Assembly (NCBI GenBank): GCA_963785725.1
Contig: CAWAWS010000039.1
Coordinates: 576,001-640,000, forward strand
Source of the DNA: an uncultured delta proteobacterium
GTDB lineage: Bacteria; Myxococcota_A; Polyangia; Palsa-1104
Direction of reading: 5' to 3'
DNA: 64,000 nucleotides
Shown: in pieces, positions 21,181 to 31,645 of the stretch
Layout: every line of letters begins with the position of its first letter
Position numbering within the stretch: the stretch's first letter is position 1
Notes under the pieces: generated by a model
The model's database searches: none
The model's input: only the letters and a program-made list of their open reading frames with translations
What the model was told of the DNA's origin: nothing
Translations under genes and position numbers: made by a program

Positions 21181-21867
21181 ATGCGCTCGTCGATTGCGTG
21201 GGTTTTCGTCGTCGCGATGAGCGGCTGCGCGTCGCGTCCGTTGAGCGCTGGCGACGGCGGGAATGTCGCGGTGACCGACTTGGCCGCGAGCTCCGACTTG
21301 CCGCGTCTTCCGTTCGATTCGTCGCCGCTGCCGGGTCCCGCCGATTTCGCGCCGCCCGTGGACACCGGCCTCGCCGTTTGTCCGTGCACGCGGCGGCCGA
21401 GCGGCGTGGCCGAGTCGACCTGCCCGCGCGGCGCCGGCCAGATGACGACGACCGTCATCGGGCTCGCCGGCGGCACCGCGTCGCTCACGGGACAACAAGG
21501 TCAATTCAGCGGCGTCGCCCTCGCGATCGCCATTCCGCCGATGTCGCTGACGGCAAATAGCGCGATCAAATTGACCGAGACGGGAATGGCGCCGCCGGCC
21601 GCTTACATCGATTGGTCGCCGGTCTGGCAGCTGGCGCCGATTGGTGTCAACTTTCATGTTCCCGCGAAAGTGACGGCGCCGTACTCGAACTCGAATGGCA
21701 AGGTCGATCCGGCGCTGGCGATCTACACGTCGATGGATGGAATGACGTGGACGCGCCTCAGCGATAGTCAGATCAACGCTGGTTTTACCACCGGCACCTT
21801 GTCGGAGCTGCCGCAGCTCATGTTCAACGGCGCGCCGCGATCGGCGGCGAACGCGAGCTGCCCCTAA
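21181..21867 (+). CDS. lipoprotein, hypothetical (ZU5-like motif)
   Basis: MSGC lipobox; IAIPP.SL...SPVWQLAPIGVNF.VP pattern. Confidence 0.65.
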   Translation: MRSSIAWVFVVAMSGCASRPLSAGDGGNVAVTDLAASSDLPRLPFDSSPLPGPADFAPPVDTGLAVCPCTRRPSGVAESTCPRGAGQMTTTVIGLAGGTASLTGQQGQFSGVALAIAIPPMSLTANSAIKLTETGMAPPAAYIDWSPVWQLAPIGVNFHVPAKVTAPYSNSNGKVDPALAIYTSMDGMTWTRLSDSQINAGFTTGTLSELPQLMFNGAPRSAANASCP

Positions 21868-21914
21868 GCGGTCGATATTCGCATTCGGCACAATATGTGA
21901 ATTCATTCTCGGGA

Positions 21915-22328
21915 ATGCTGAAACAAAGCCTGACCGCGTTCGGCCTCGGTTTATTGTTGTGTGCGTCGGCGTTCGCCGATTCGACCGAGCCCGGTCGTAA
22001 ATCCGAAGGCGTAGACGTGGAAAAGGCGGCCGCGACCGATAAGAGCGGCGCCGATCAGCGCTCGGCCAAACAGAAAAAAGAGCAGGGCGAAAAGAAGGGC
22101 GCGCTCAAAGAGCGCGTCGACCCCGCTAAAGACGCCGCGGCGCAGCGTGCGAATATTGCGCAGCTGAGAGAGGACGCCGAAATCGATAAGCGACAGGGCA
22201 ATCGCGTGGGTGCGTGGGCGGCCGAGCGCGACGAGAAGCATGCCCAAAAGCTGCTGCAGAAAGACGAAAAGCTGTTGCAGGAAGGAAAGGCGAAAACGCA
22301 GGTCGATGGGCAGGCCGTGAAGAGGTAG
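21915..22328 (+). CDS. secreted charged/coiled-coil hypothetical protein
   Basis: Signal peptide ending AFA; K/E/Q-rich. Confidence 0.65.
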   Translation: MLKQSLTAFGLGLLLCASAFADSTEPGRKSEGVDVEKAAATDKSGADQRSAKQKKEQGEKKGALKERVDPAKDAAAQRANIAQLREDAEIDKRQGNRVGAWAAERDEKHAQKLLQKDEKLLQEGKAKTQVDGQAVKR

Positions 22329-22356
22329 CGGCCCACTAATTGCTCCTCAAGCGAGC

Positions 22357-23490
22357 ATGGCGACTCATCGCACGCGTTGGTTATGGCTGATTCCCGGGAC
22401 GATCGTCGCCATCATCGTTCTCGTCTTCGTATTCCTCAATCCAATCGTCACGTATGCGACGCAGAAGGGGCTCGACCGCCTCAAAGGCGCGAGCGGCACG
22501 TTCAAGGCATTGAGCGTCACGCTCATTCATCCCGGCTACAACGTCTATGGATTGAAGATCGTCGAGATGCCGGTGACGGCGCACAAAGAGCCGCTCTTTT
22601 ATGCCGACCGCGTCGAGATGCGCTGGTCGTGGCGCGAGATTCTGCACGGTCATTTGGTGCGTCGCGTAAAGATTTGGAAGGCGCGCGTGCAAGTGCCGAT
22701 GCGGCCCGGCGACGAGTCGAAGCCGTCGCAGCCGCCGCTGGAGATCGCCAAGACGCTGGAGTCGGTGCCGTCGGCGGGGGTGGAGCGCTTGGAGCTCGTC
22801 GACAGCCAAGTGATCCTCGTCGATGAAGTGCACGATAATCAGCGCTTATGGGTGCACGATCTGCAATTGACGCTGGAGAATATGGCGTCGCGTAAGAAGC
22901 TGATGAAGGGCTTACCGCTGTTGGTGACGGTGCGAACGAAAGTGCAGAACAGCGGTCAGCTGAGCGCGTTCTTGACGATGGATCCATTCGATGAGGGGCT
23001 GACCTTCGCCGGGTCGGTCGAGCTCCATCATCTGGAGCTGTCCGACCTGCATCAATTCACGAGCATTGGCGGACTGACGCTGCCCAAGGGGACGATTGAC
23101 GTGTTTGCGTCGATCACCTGTAAACGGAACGAGCTGACCGGCGGCATCAAGCCGATCTTGAAGAACGTCAAAGTGCGAGCGGCGGACGACAAGCTCGGCG
23201 ACAAGGTCAAAGCATTGTTGGCCGATGTCGCGGTCAAGATCTTCTCCGATCGCGTGCCGGGGCGAAATGCGGTGAGCACGATCATTCCCATTCACGGCGA
23301 CTTGAAGAAGCCGCAAGTGCAACTGGTGCCGACGGTGTTGGCGGTCATTCGCAACGCGTTCGTCGAGGGCTTGTCGGCGAGCTTGACCAATGTGCCGCCG
23401 CCGCAAGGAACGGGCGGAATTCTGCATCAGGCGCGGCGGGCGCTGAGCAAGAAGTCGAAGCAGCCGGTCGAAGCCAAAGTGAAGAAATGA
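22357..23490 (+). CDS. DUF748/AsmA-like protein
   Basis: N-terminal TM; GGIKPILKNV and IPIHGDL..P...VLAVIRNAF motifs. Confidence 0.75.
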   Translation: MATHRTRWLWLIPGTIVAIIVLVFVFLNPIVTYATQKGLDRLKGASGTFKALSVTLIHPGYNVYGLKIVEMPVTAHKEPLFYADRVEMRWSWREILHGHLVRRVKIWKARVQVPMRPGDESKPSQPPLEIAKTLESVPSAGVERLELVDSQVILVDEVHDNQRLWVHDLQLTLENMASRKKLMKGLPLLVTVRTKVQNSGQLSAFLTMDPFDEGLTFAGSVELHHLELSDLHQFTSIGGLTLPKGTIDVFASITCKRNELTGGIKPILKNVKVRAADDKLGDKVKALLADVAVKIFSDRVPGRNAVSTIIPIHGDLKKPQVQLVPTVLAVIRNAFVEGLSASLTNVPPPQGTGGILHQARRALSKKSKQPVEAKVKK

Positions 23491-23501
23491 GGGAGCTGCC
23501 A

Positions 23502-23942
23502 ATGAATGGAATGGCGAGACGAATATGGTTATTGCCGTTATTCGTATTGGCGGCGTGTCACGCGCATACGGTGCAAGGCAGGCAGACGACGTTGGAGACG
23601 CCGCCGAAAGAGCCGCAGGTGGCGTCGGAGCGGCCGGTGCGCACGACGCCGGGCGGAATGTTGGATGCGAAGGCGATGCGGCAGCTGCAGTCGGCGCTGA
23701 CTCGTCACGGCGTCGAGACGCCCAATAGCGGGCAGCTCGATGACGAGACGCAAGCGTCGCTGCGTAAGTTTCAAGAGCGCGAGCAAATGGCAGCGACCGG
23801 CATGCCCGACTTCGACACCCTGCGTAAGCTGGGGCTCGACCCGAAGGCGATCTATTTGGGCGGCACGAAGCGCGCCGATTCCAAGGTCGACCGGCAAAGG
23901 AACGCGACCCGCAGCGACGCGAATCAGTCGTCAGCGAAGTAA
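23502..23942 (+). CDS. peptidoglycan-binding domain lipoprotein
   Basis: LAAC lipobox; LQSAL...SGQLDDETQASLRKFQ...TG..D..TL..LG (PG_binding_1 pattern). Confidence 0.8.
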   Translation: MNGMARRIWLLPLFVLAACHAHTVQGRQTTLETPPKEPQVASERPVRTTPGGMLDAKAMRQLQSALTRHGVETPNSGQLDDETQASLRKFQEREQMAATGMPDFDTLRKLGLDPKAIYLGGTKRADSKVDRQRNATRSDANQSSAK

Positions 23943-24041
23943 GCCTGGTCGCGGCGGAATCATTGGTGCGCAGGCGCTCGGCGGCGGCGGCGATTGACTG
24001 TCGATGTCGGCTGCCTAGGTTTCGTCATTACGGAGGCGCGG

Positions 24042-25307
24042 GTGTCGGACGATCACGACGACGACCAGACGCAGCGGCCGGCCGATGCGGCGGCGGAATC
24101 GCCGGCGCCGCGCGCGCCCAATCGGCGCATGCTGTTTCGCGCCGCGCTGGGCGCGGTGGGCGCGCTCGCCGGCATTCGCCGCGCGGCCGCGCAATCGAAG
24201 GCGACGCCGCTGCCGCCGCCGGACGTGATTGGCCAACCGCCGGACGCGCCGACGCACAACGCGTCGTCGGCGGCGCCGCAGCCGGGACAAAAGCGGCCGG
24301 CGCCGCCGACTGAAATGCCGTCGGCGGAGGTGCCGCGGCGCGCGCTCGGAAAGACCGGCGCGCTGGTGTCGGCGATCGGCGTCGGTGGCCACCACTTAGG
24401 CGACGCAGCGACGTTGGAAGAGGCGCTCGATATCGTCTCGATGGCGCTCGATTATGGGATCAATTTCTTCGACAACTGCTGGGAATACCATAATGGCAAG
24501 TCGGAGAATTGGCTCGGGCGCGGGCTGAAAGGCAGGCGCGACAAAGCCTTCGTCATGACCAAAGTCTGCACGCACGGCCGCGACGCCAGGCTCGGCCTGC
24601 GCATGCTCGAAGAATCGCTGCGCCGGCTCGATACCGATCACCTCGATCTATGGCAGATCCATGCGGTCAGCTTCGACAACGATCCGGCGCTGGCGTATGC
24701 CAAAGGCGGAATCATCGAGGCGATGGAGCGCGCGAAGAAGCAGGGCAAAGTGCGGTTCACGGGATTTACCGGCCATAAAGATCCGGCGTTTCATTTGGAG
24801 ATGTTGCGCCGTGGATATCCCTTCGACGCCATTCAAATGCCGCTCAATCCGATGGACGCGCAGTTCTTCAGCTTCGAGAAACAGGTCGTTCCGGTGGCGA
24901 ATCAAAAGGGAATCGGCGTCATCGGAATGAAGTCGATGGGCGGGACGGCCGATGTCGTCAAGCAGGGCGTGCTTTCGGCGACCGATTGCCTGCGTTATGC
25001 GATGAGCTTGCCCGTCGCGACGACGGTGACCGGCATCGATTCATTGGCGGTCTTGCAGCAGAACGCGGCGGTGGCGCGCGGATTCAAGCCGCTCTCGCCC
25101 GAGCACATGCAGGCGCTGCGCGACAAATGCGCGCGCTTCGCCGGCGACGGGCGCTTCGAGCTCTATAAGGTTTCGCTCAAATACGACAACCCCGAGACGC
25201 GCACGCCGCACGGCTTTCCCTTCGATCCGAAGCTCAAAGAGACGCAGGAGATCTTGGAAGGCGGCAGCGCTTTGCCGGCGGTCGATACCGCGCGCGCGCC
25301 GTTATAG
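24042..25307 (+). CDS. aldo/keto reductase with Tat-like signal
   Basis: GGAGG RBS plus GTG; NRRMLF; FFDNCWEY, SLRRL.TDHLDLWQIH and RFTGFTGHK motifs. Confidence 0.88.
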   Translation: MSDDHDDDQTQRPADAAAESPAPRAPNRRMLFRAALGAVGALAGIRRAAAQSKATPLPPPDVIGQPPDAPTHNASSAAPQPGQKRPAPPTEMPSAEVPRRALGKTGALVSAIGVGGHHLGDAATLEEALDIVSMALDYGINFFDNCWEYHNGKSENWLGRGLKGRRDKAFVMTKVCTHGRDARLGLRMLEESLRRLDTDHLDLWQIHAVSFDNDPALAYAKGGIIEAMERAKKQGKVRFTGFTGHKDPAFHLEMLRRGYPFDAIQMPLNPMDAQFFSFEKQVVPVANQKGIGVIGMKSMGGTADVVKQGVLSATDCLRYAMSLPVATTVTGIDSLAVLQQNAAVARGFKPLSPEHMQALRDKCARFAGDGRFELYKVSLKYDNPETRTPHGFPFDPKLKETQEILEGGSALPAVDTARAPL

Positions 25308-25315
25308 GAGAATCG

Positions 25316-26467
25316 ATGAGCGATCAGCCTAACGACCGAGCGCGGGATTCGCAGCGCGAAAGCGAGGATTCACGCGCCGAGATCGCCGGCGAATCGCTTG
25401 GCCATTCGCGACGCGAATTCCTGCAGCAGGCCGCGGTCGCTGCCGGAAGCGTCGCCGTCGCTGGTGCGCTGTGGGAGCGCGTCGCGCGAGCGGAGCTCAC
25501 CGTCGAATCATTGCCGTTGACGAATGTCGGTTCCGACAAGATCCCGCATAAGCCGTTGGGTGCGACCGGTCTGACGGTGTCGATTATTGGTATTGGTGGA
25601 TCGTCGCTGGCCGATGCGCCTTCTTACGATGAAGCCGAGCGCATCGTGCACGAAGCGGTCGAGGCCGGCGTCAATTTCTTCGACAATGCGTGGGAATATC
25701 ACGGCGGGCGCAGCGAAGAGTGGATGGGCAATGCGCTCAAAGGGCGGCGCGACAAAGTCGTGCTCATGACCAAAGTCTGCACGCATGGTCGCAGCGCGAA
25801 GATCGCGATGCAGATGCTCGACGATTCGCTGCGGCGATTGCGGACCGATCATCTCGACGTCTGGCAAGTGCACGAGTGCGTCTATTGGAACGACCCGGAG
25901 CTGCACTTTCGTGAAGGCGGTGTCATCGACGCGCTAAAGCAGGCCAAGCAGCAAGGTAAAGTACGTTTCATAGGATTTACCGGACATAAACATCCCGACA
26001 TTCATTTGGCGATGCTGAAGAAGGCGGACGAGCACGGCTTGCACTTCGATACGGCGCAGATGCCGCTCAATCCGTTCGACGCGACGTTTCGCAGCTTCGA
26101 GCAGCACGTCTTGCCCGAAGTGCGCCGGCGGAAGATGGGCGCGTTCGGGATGAAGTCGCTCGGTGGTGGCGGCGCGCCGATTCAGCAGGGCGCGATTACG
26201 GTACGTGAGGCGCTGCGTTATGCGATGAGCTTGCCGGTGGCGACGACGATCAGTGGCATCGATTCGCTGGCCGTGTTGCATCAGAACTTGGCGATCGCGC
26301 GCGGGTTCGAGCCGATGACGGCGGGCGAGCAGCAGCTGCTGCGCCGGCGCTGCGCCGATTTGGCGTCGGATGGACACCTCGAGCTTTATAAGACGACGAA
26401 GAGGTTCGACGCCGCGGTTGGGCGCGAGCAGCACGGCTTTCCCGATCCGAAAGCGTTACCGATGTAA
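25316..26467 (+). CDS. aldo/keto reductase with Tat signal (paralog of upstream gene)
   Basis: SRREFL; FFDNAWEY, SLRRLRTDHLDVWQVH and RFIGFTGHK motifs. Confidence 0.9.
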   Translation: MSDQPNDRARDSQRESEDSRAEIAGESLGHSRREFLQQAAVAAGSVAVAGALWERVARAELTVESLPLTNVGSDKIPHKPLGATGLTVSIIGIGGSSLADAPSYDEAERIVHEAVEAGVNFFDNAWEYHGGRSEEWMGNALKGRRDKVVLMTKVCTHGRSAKIAMQMLDDSLRRLRTDHLDVWQVHECVYWNDPELHFREGGVIDALKQAKQQGKVRFIGFTGHKHPDIHLAMLKKADEHGLHFDTAQMPLNPFDATFRSFEQHVLPEVRRRKMGAFGMKSLGGGGAPIQQGAITVREALRYAMSLPVATTISGIDSLAVLHQNLAIARGFEPMTAGEQQLLRRRCADLASDGHLELYKTTKRFDAAVGREQHGFPDPKALPM

Positions 26468-26590
26468 GCCTTGGTGGCGCGCTGTCGGCGGTGACATGGG
26501 CCTACATCGCGGCCGCATTCGCGCTCGATTTGACGCCGCTATCGACGCACAATCGAAGCTCCCGCGTTCGCTCGCGATAGGAGGACGACG

Positions 26591-28810
26591 GTGCGCCAGA
26601 GCCCGATTGTGCAGTGTCGAAGCCGCGCGTCTACGGTCACGCTCGTCGTCGCTGCGCTCTTGTGCAACGCGGGCGTCGCGCGGGCGCTGACGGCCACGAT
26701 GGTGGCGTTTTCCGGCGGGGACGGAACATTCAATACGGTCAATGACAACGGCAAGATCCTCTATCAATCGACGAGCAGCGGCAGTGGCACGTATTCGGCA
26801 TTCATGTATTTTCAGCGGCCGGCCGGCGTCACGTTTGCGGTCGGCGCCCCGCTCTATGTCGAGGTCGATTACAAAGACGTCGGCGGGCCGGCGCGCTTCG
26901 GCATTCAATATGACGCCGAAGGGAATGATTACGCGGACGGCGGATTCGGCATCGACGCCGGCGTGCAGAATTCGGGCGCATATCGAACCGCGGTATTCCA
27001 GCTGACCGATAATGCGTTTCATCTGGGCGAGAACGGCGGCAACGATATGCGGCTGACGCAGCCGGGGCCGCTGCAGCTGAATATCGCGGCCGTGCGCGTC
27101 AGCGATCAGCCGACGGCGCTATATACGAGCTTGACGCAGTTCCTCGGGCCTTATACCGGGCCCACTTATACCGGCGGTACGCCGGTCGATGCGTCGACGA
27201 TGGCGGGGAAGCTGCTGTGCGGATATCAGGCTTGGTTTCGCACGCCCGGCGACGAAGACGTGACCGGCTGGGTTCATTACGTGCCCAATGGCGTCATGGC
27301 GCCGGCCAATATCGCGGTCGACTATTGGCCCGAAATGGCCGAGCTCGGACCGGGCGAGCAATATCCGGCCAACGGCTTCACGAACGCCGACGGCACGCCG
27401 GCGACGTTATTCAGCGACGACGATTCGCGCACCGTATTGCGGCATTTTCAATGGATGGAAGCCTATGGAATCGACGGCGTGGCGTTACAGCGCTTCTTTC
27501 CCGGTCCGGGCGTCGATATCCAGGGAATGATCGTCATGAACAAGGTGCGCGCCGCGGCGAATCAGACCGGACGCACGTTCTTCGTCGAATACGATATGAC
27601 CGGCGCCGCCGAGGCCGATTTGGTCCCGACGATTACCCGCGATTGGCATTATCTCGTCGATACGATGAAGATGCAGTCCGATTCGCGTTATCTGCACGAA
27701 GGTGGGCTGCCGGTCATCGGTGTCTACGGCTTCTTCGAAGAGCGTTTCAGCGCGACGACGGCCAATGCCATTCTCGATATCTTCGCGACGCCTGGGCCTT
27801 ATCAAGCGTTCGTGGCCGCTGCCGGCGCTTGGTATTGGAGTCAGCAACCGTATTCGGCGGCGTGGCAAACGATGATGTTTCGCATGGGCTCTTATCAGCC
27901 GTGGAATACCGGAAATAGCGGCGGGGTGGCCGGCGACGTGCCGAGCACGGCCTATTGGGCCGGCGATCAAGCGACGCTGGCGGCGCACGGTGTCAAATAC
28001 GTGCCGCAGATCTATCCCGGCAGCAGCTCCTTCAATCGCGACGGAACGCCGTGGGGACCGACGACGGAAGATCGTTTGCAGGGCGATTTCTTGTGGAGTC
28101 AGGTGACGGCGGCCGTGTCGCTCAAGGCGTATTCGGTGTTCTTGGGCATGTTCGATGAAATGGACGAGGGCACGCAGATCTTCAAGGTCTCGCAGACGCC
28201 GCCGACGCAGGCCAATTTTCGCGACTATCAAGGGCTGCCGTCCGATTACTATTTGTGCTTAGCGGGTAAGGCGACGGAGGCGCTGCGCGCGAACAGTCAG
28301 CAGTCGCCGGCGAAGCCGGATTGCGCGGCATTGACGCAGCCGACGATTCCCGATCCGATCGCGCCGTTGAATGGCGATTCCGTCGGCGTGGGCGCGGTCG
28401 AATACAGTTGGACAGCGGCGTTGGCGCTCGCGCAAGGCGGGACGATTGACCATTATGAAGTATCGGTCGATGGCGCGATGAGCGCGGCGCCCAATGGCAC
28501 GGCCACGATCGCGACCGGTGCTGGGGAGCATGTCTGGCGCGTGCGCGCGGTCAATTCGTTGGGAAATGCCGGCGGCTGGAGCATCGCGCAGACGTTCACG
28601 GTCGGGGATTGCAGCGGCAGCGGCTGCGGCGGCACCGACGGCGGCCGCGGCTCCGACGTCGACGGCGGCACGTCGGGGACCGGCGCCGGCGGCAAGTCGG
28701 CGCGCGGTGGCTGCGAGGTCGGCGGCGCGGCCGGCAGTCCGGCGGCGATCTCCTGCCTATTGGTGTTCGCGCTATTGGCGCTGCGACGCCGCGGCCGCCG
28801 TCATTCTTAG
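26591..28810 (+). CDS. GH71/99-like glycoside hydrolase with Fn3-like domain and MYXO-CTERM-like tail
   Basis: CGYQAWF, YGIDGVALQRF and GMFDEMDEGT motifs; C-terminal GGC...hydrophobic...RRRGRR. Confidence 0.78.
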   Translation: MRQSPIVQCRSRASTVTLVVAALLCNAGVARALTATMVAFSGGDGTFNTVNDNGKILYQSTSSGSGTYSAFMYFQRPAGVTFAVGAPLYVEVDYKDVGGPARFGIQYDAEGNDYADGGFGIDAGVQNSGAYRTAVFQLTDNAFHLGENGGNDMRLTQPGPLQLNIAAVRVSDQPTALYTSLTQFLGPYTGPTYTGGTPVDASTMAGKLLCGYQAWFRTPGDEDVTGWVHYVPNGVMAPANIAVDYWPEMAELGPGEQYPANGFTNADGTPATLFSDDDSRTVLRHFQWMEAYGIDGVALQRFFPGPGVDIQGMIVMNKVRAAANQTGRTFFVEYDMTGAAEADLVPTITRDWHYLVDTMKMQSDSRYLHEGGLPVIGVYGFFEERFSATTANAILDIFATPGPYQAFVAAAGAWYWSQQPYSAAWQTMMFRMGSYQPWNTGNSGGVAGDVPSTAYWAGDQATLAAHGVKYVPQIYPGSSSFNRDGTPWGPTTEDRLQGDFLWSQVTAAVSLKAYSVFLGMFDEMDEGTQIFKVSQTPPTQANFRDYQGLPSDYYLCLAGKATEALRANSQQSPAKPDCAALTQPTIPDPIAPLNGDSVGVGAVEYSWTAALALAQGGTIDHYEVSVDGAMSAAPNGTATIATGAGEHVWRVRAVNSLGNAGGWSIAQTFTVGDCSGSGCGGTDGGRGSDVDGGTSGTGAGGKSARGGCEVGGAAGSPAAISCLLVFALLALRRRGRRHS

Positions 28811-28861
28811 CTGCATTCGCAGCGCGAAAACCGCGTATTCCCCGTAAACGCGTTCGCTTGC

Positions 28862-29350
28862 TTAGCGGACTCGCGCCATCAAGATCGCGTCGGCGTAGCG
28901 GCCGGCCGAGAAATACGCCTTCGCCTGTCGTCCTTCGACGACGAATCCCAAAGATTCGTACAGCTTCCGGGCGCGTTCGTTCGTGGCGTCGACGTCGAGC
29001 TCGACGCGCACGAGGTCGAGCCAATCGTCGGCCAAGCTCAGCAGCGACTGCATGAGCGCGCGCCCGACGCCGCGGCCGGCGAACGCGTCGTGCACGGCGA
29101 TGCCGATTCGCGCCAAATGCCGCCGCTTGACCCCGCCGACGTGCAGCCCGGCGAGCCCGACGACGCGCCCATCGAGCTGCGCGACCATGACGTGATCATT
29201 CGGCGTCAGCGCCTCGATGAAGGCGCGCCCCGGTCGCTCCGACGGCATCGCGGTCGTAAATTCCATCACGTGGGGCTGATGCCGAATCTCGCCCACTGCT
29301 TCCCAGTCGTCGACTCGAATGGGTCGAATGACGACGTCTTGATTGGACAT
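28862..29350 (-). CDS. GNAT acetyltransferase
   Basis: AGRGVG acetyl-CoA motif; NERARKLYESLGF. Confidence 0.88.
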   Translation of the reverse strand: MSNQDVVIRPIRVDDWEAVGEIRHQPHVMEFTTAMPSERPGRAFIEALTPNDHVMVAQLDGRVVGLAGLHVGGVKRRHLARIGIAVHDAFAGRGVGRALMQSLLSLADDWLDLVRVELDVDATNERARKLYESLGFVVEGRQAKAYFSAGRYADAILMARVR

Positions 29351-29488
29351 TGGCCGATTATACGAGGCGGCGCTACGACCGGGTGTGATCTCGGTCGCCC
29401 CGTCGCTGCTGCCGACGTTCGCGCGCCGCGTGCGCCGCATCTCGGCGGGTGCTGATGGAGCGTGATAGCCTCGTTGCAGGGGACTCAT

Positions 29489-29953
29489 ATGATTATCGCG
29501 GGGCGTTCGAGCGTCTTTGGAATCCTCGTTATCGCGACTTCATTGACGATCGGTTGCTCCTCGCCGCATCAAACGACGATCCTGCCGCTGCCGGACGCGT
29601 CGGCCGCCGCCGATATGTCCAGCAGCGATCCCTGCGCGCCGGGGCAGGTCGTCATGCTGCGCTATTTCGTCGCGTCGCTTGGCGTGTGCAGCAGCACGTA
29701 TCAAGAGGCGCTCGCCAAAGGGCTCGCCTGTCCCGAACAAACGGGCGAATGCACCGGTTATCATGTCGTCGGCGCGCCCGGACCTTTTATCGCTTGGGAT
29801 TGCTTTTACGACGTGAATACCGGTCAATTGGCCGGCGCCGATTACTCCAATGACGAACGGCCGTTCTGTGCGGCGGGCATTCAATCGGCCACGTGCGGAT
29901 TCACCGGCTATACGAGCGGCGATCATTGCGAGGCCGACGGCGGGACTTCGTGA
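29489..29953 (+). CDS. Cys-rich lipoprotein, hypothetical
   Basis: TIGC lipobox; multiple Cys. Confidence 0.6.
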   Translation: MIIAGRSSVFGILVIATSLTIGCSSPHQTTILPLPDASAAADMSSSDPCAPGQVVMLRYFVASLGVCSSTYQEALAKGLACPEQTGECTGYHVVGAPGPFIAWDCFYDVNTGQLAGADYSNDERPFCAAGIQSATCGFTGYTSGDHCEADGGTS

Positions 29954-30020
29954 TCCGAGCGGCGAGAGCATCGGGCTAAGGACGATGGGCCCAGCGTTTG
30001 GTACGTTGTATAGTCTGGCC

Positions 30021-30380
30021 ATGCCGACTGTCGAATCGATTGCGCCGCAGTTCTTCGTCAAGGAGCTGGCCCGATCCGTCGACTGGTATGTTCGCGTGCT
30101 CGGTTTCCGGGTGGCTTTTCAAGGCGCCGACTATGCGGGCGTCAGACTCGGGCCGGCGCTGATTGTGCTCATGCAAGTCGGGCCAGCTCCAGTCGGCCTC
30201 AGTTACAAAGGCGCTTGCCATTTGCGTATCGGCGCGGGCGTCGATGACTACGTCGCGCAGATTGAGGCGACGGGTCAGACGCTGACGGCGACGTTGAAGG
30301 ACCATCCCGAATACGGAATGCGAGAAGCGACGGTGCGCGATCCCGATGACAACGATATCTATATTGGGCAGGAGCTGTGA
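30021..30380 (+). CDS. VOC/glyoxalase family protein
   Basis: SVDWYVRVLGF and YGMREATVRDPD.N motifs. Confidence 0.85.
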   Translation: MPTVESIAPQFFVKELARSVDWYVRVLGFRVAFQGADYAGVRLGPALIVLMQVGPAPVGLSYKGACHLRIGAGVDDYVAQIEATGQTLTATLKDHPEYGMREATVRDPDDNDIYIGQEL

Positions 30381-30450
30381 TCGTCTGCGCGGCGCGCTGC
30401 CGTCAGCGCCCGCCGACGGAGAACGTGAGCGCGCTAAGCAGTCGGCGTCG

Positions 30451-31014
30451 TTAAATCATACGGCAAAGCGGGATGACCTTGACGCCGCCGTGCGTCGCCA
30501 ACGGTTGCGGCGCGGTCGTCGGAAAGGTCGGGAATTCGAGCGTGCAGTCGCTGATCTGAAAGAGGTATTGCGCGCAATATTGATCCGAATTGCCGGTGAG
30601 GTTGTCGGTGCAGCCGCCATCGTAAGAGTGCGTGAACGTCGCCGAGCGGTACACGGGGATCGGCGGCGTGGGCGAGGTGTCCAAGAAGAGGTAATAGTTG
30701 CCCTCCGGGATAGCCTGGTGGACGTTCTTCACGCCGGGGAATTGGCTGGAGGTGGCGCCGTCGGGCGCGAGGCTGTCGAACGACACGTACGACTCACCTT
30801 GGAGCCAGTACGTAAAGCTCTGGCCGCTAGGCTGGAGGTCACTGCCGATCCCGATGAACGTCAACGGGACGTCGCGCGTGAGCTCGGGATGCGTATCGGT
30901 GATGAGGTTGAAGTTGCTGTCGACGATGGCTCCGCTGGTGCAGCCGGCGCCGAGCGTGGCGAACCCGATTAGCGCGATGAATGCCGGTCGTTTGGTGAGT
31001 GAGTGAATCGTCAT
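30451..31014 (-). CDS. lipoprotein, hypothetical
   Basis: GAGC lipobox; AGGGAG RBS. Confidence 0.6.
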   Translation of the reverse strand: MTIHSLTKRPAFIALIGFATLGAGCTSGAIVDSNFNLITDTHPELTRDVPLTFIGIGSDLQPSGQSFTYWLQGESYVSFDSLAPDGATSSQFPGVKNVHQAIPEGNYYLFLDTSPTPPIPVYRSATFTHSYDGGCTDNLTGNSDQYCAQYLFQISDCTLEFPTFPTTAPQPLATHGGVKVIPLCRMI

Positions 31015-31271
31015 AGTCGAGGTCTCCCTTTAGAAGGCCACGATAGCGAAACGCTCACGAATGGGCGCTGACCTGCATCACGGAGTGCTCGACTTCGAAT
31101 GGCTGCCGCGGCGACGCGCCAAGGACGAGGGCGCGTCGTCGGGCGCGCGAGCCGACAAAAGAGGCCGCCGCGTGACGGCGCGCACGAGGACGCGCATCTT
31201 CGCGCGAGGCCGCGGGGATCGACCGCTGACAGGCGAGCCAGCTGAGTGATCGGTGCGCCACTTAGTCGCCC

Positions 31272-31515
31272 TTAGTCGAGTGTCACCTCCGACCAGAGAT
31301 GGCCATGCTGCTCCTGTCGCAGCTCGGCGTTTGCCCTCAGATCAGCCGCGCGCTGCTTCAGGCGAGCGGCGTTGTAGCCGTCGCCGAGCTGGGCGCGCAC
31401 GTCGGCCTGGGCCTCGGCTCGAATCCGCCGCCCGCGCCATCGCGGTCGAGGTGCAGCCGGCCAGCGCGAGCGCCGCCAGGGCGCCGAGCAAGCACTTTGT
31501 CGTCGTTGGTTTCAT
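31272..31515 (-). pseudogene. small lipoprotein ORF with an apparent +1 frameshift
   Basis: MKPTTTKCLLGALAALALAGC start; a plausible helical continuation (AQADVRAQLGDGY...EVTLD*) lies in another frame. Confidence 0.35.
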
Positions 31516-31645
31516 GATCGACCACAGCGTGGAAGATGCGGCGCGCGGCCGGCGATGCAACGTTTGCATAGGACAGGCGGTTCAGCCGACTCGACTGGCC
31601 GGCGGCGAAGTCGTGCGCGTCAGTCACGTCCGCGCGACAGCGGCC

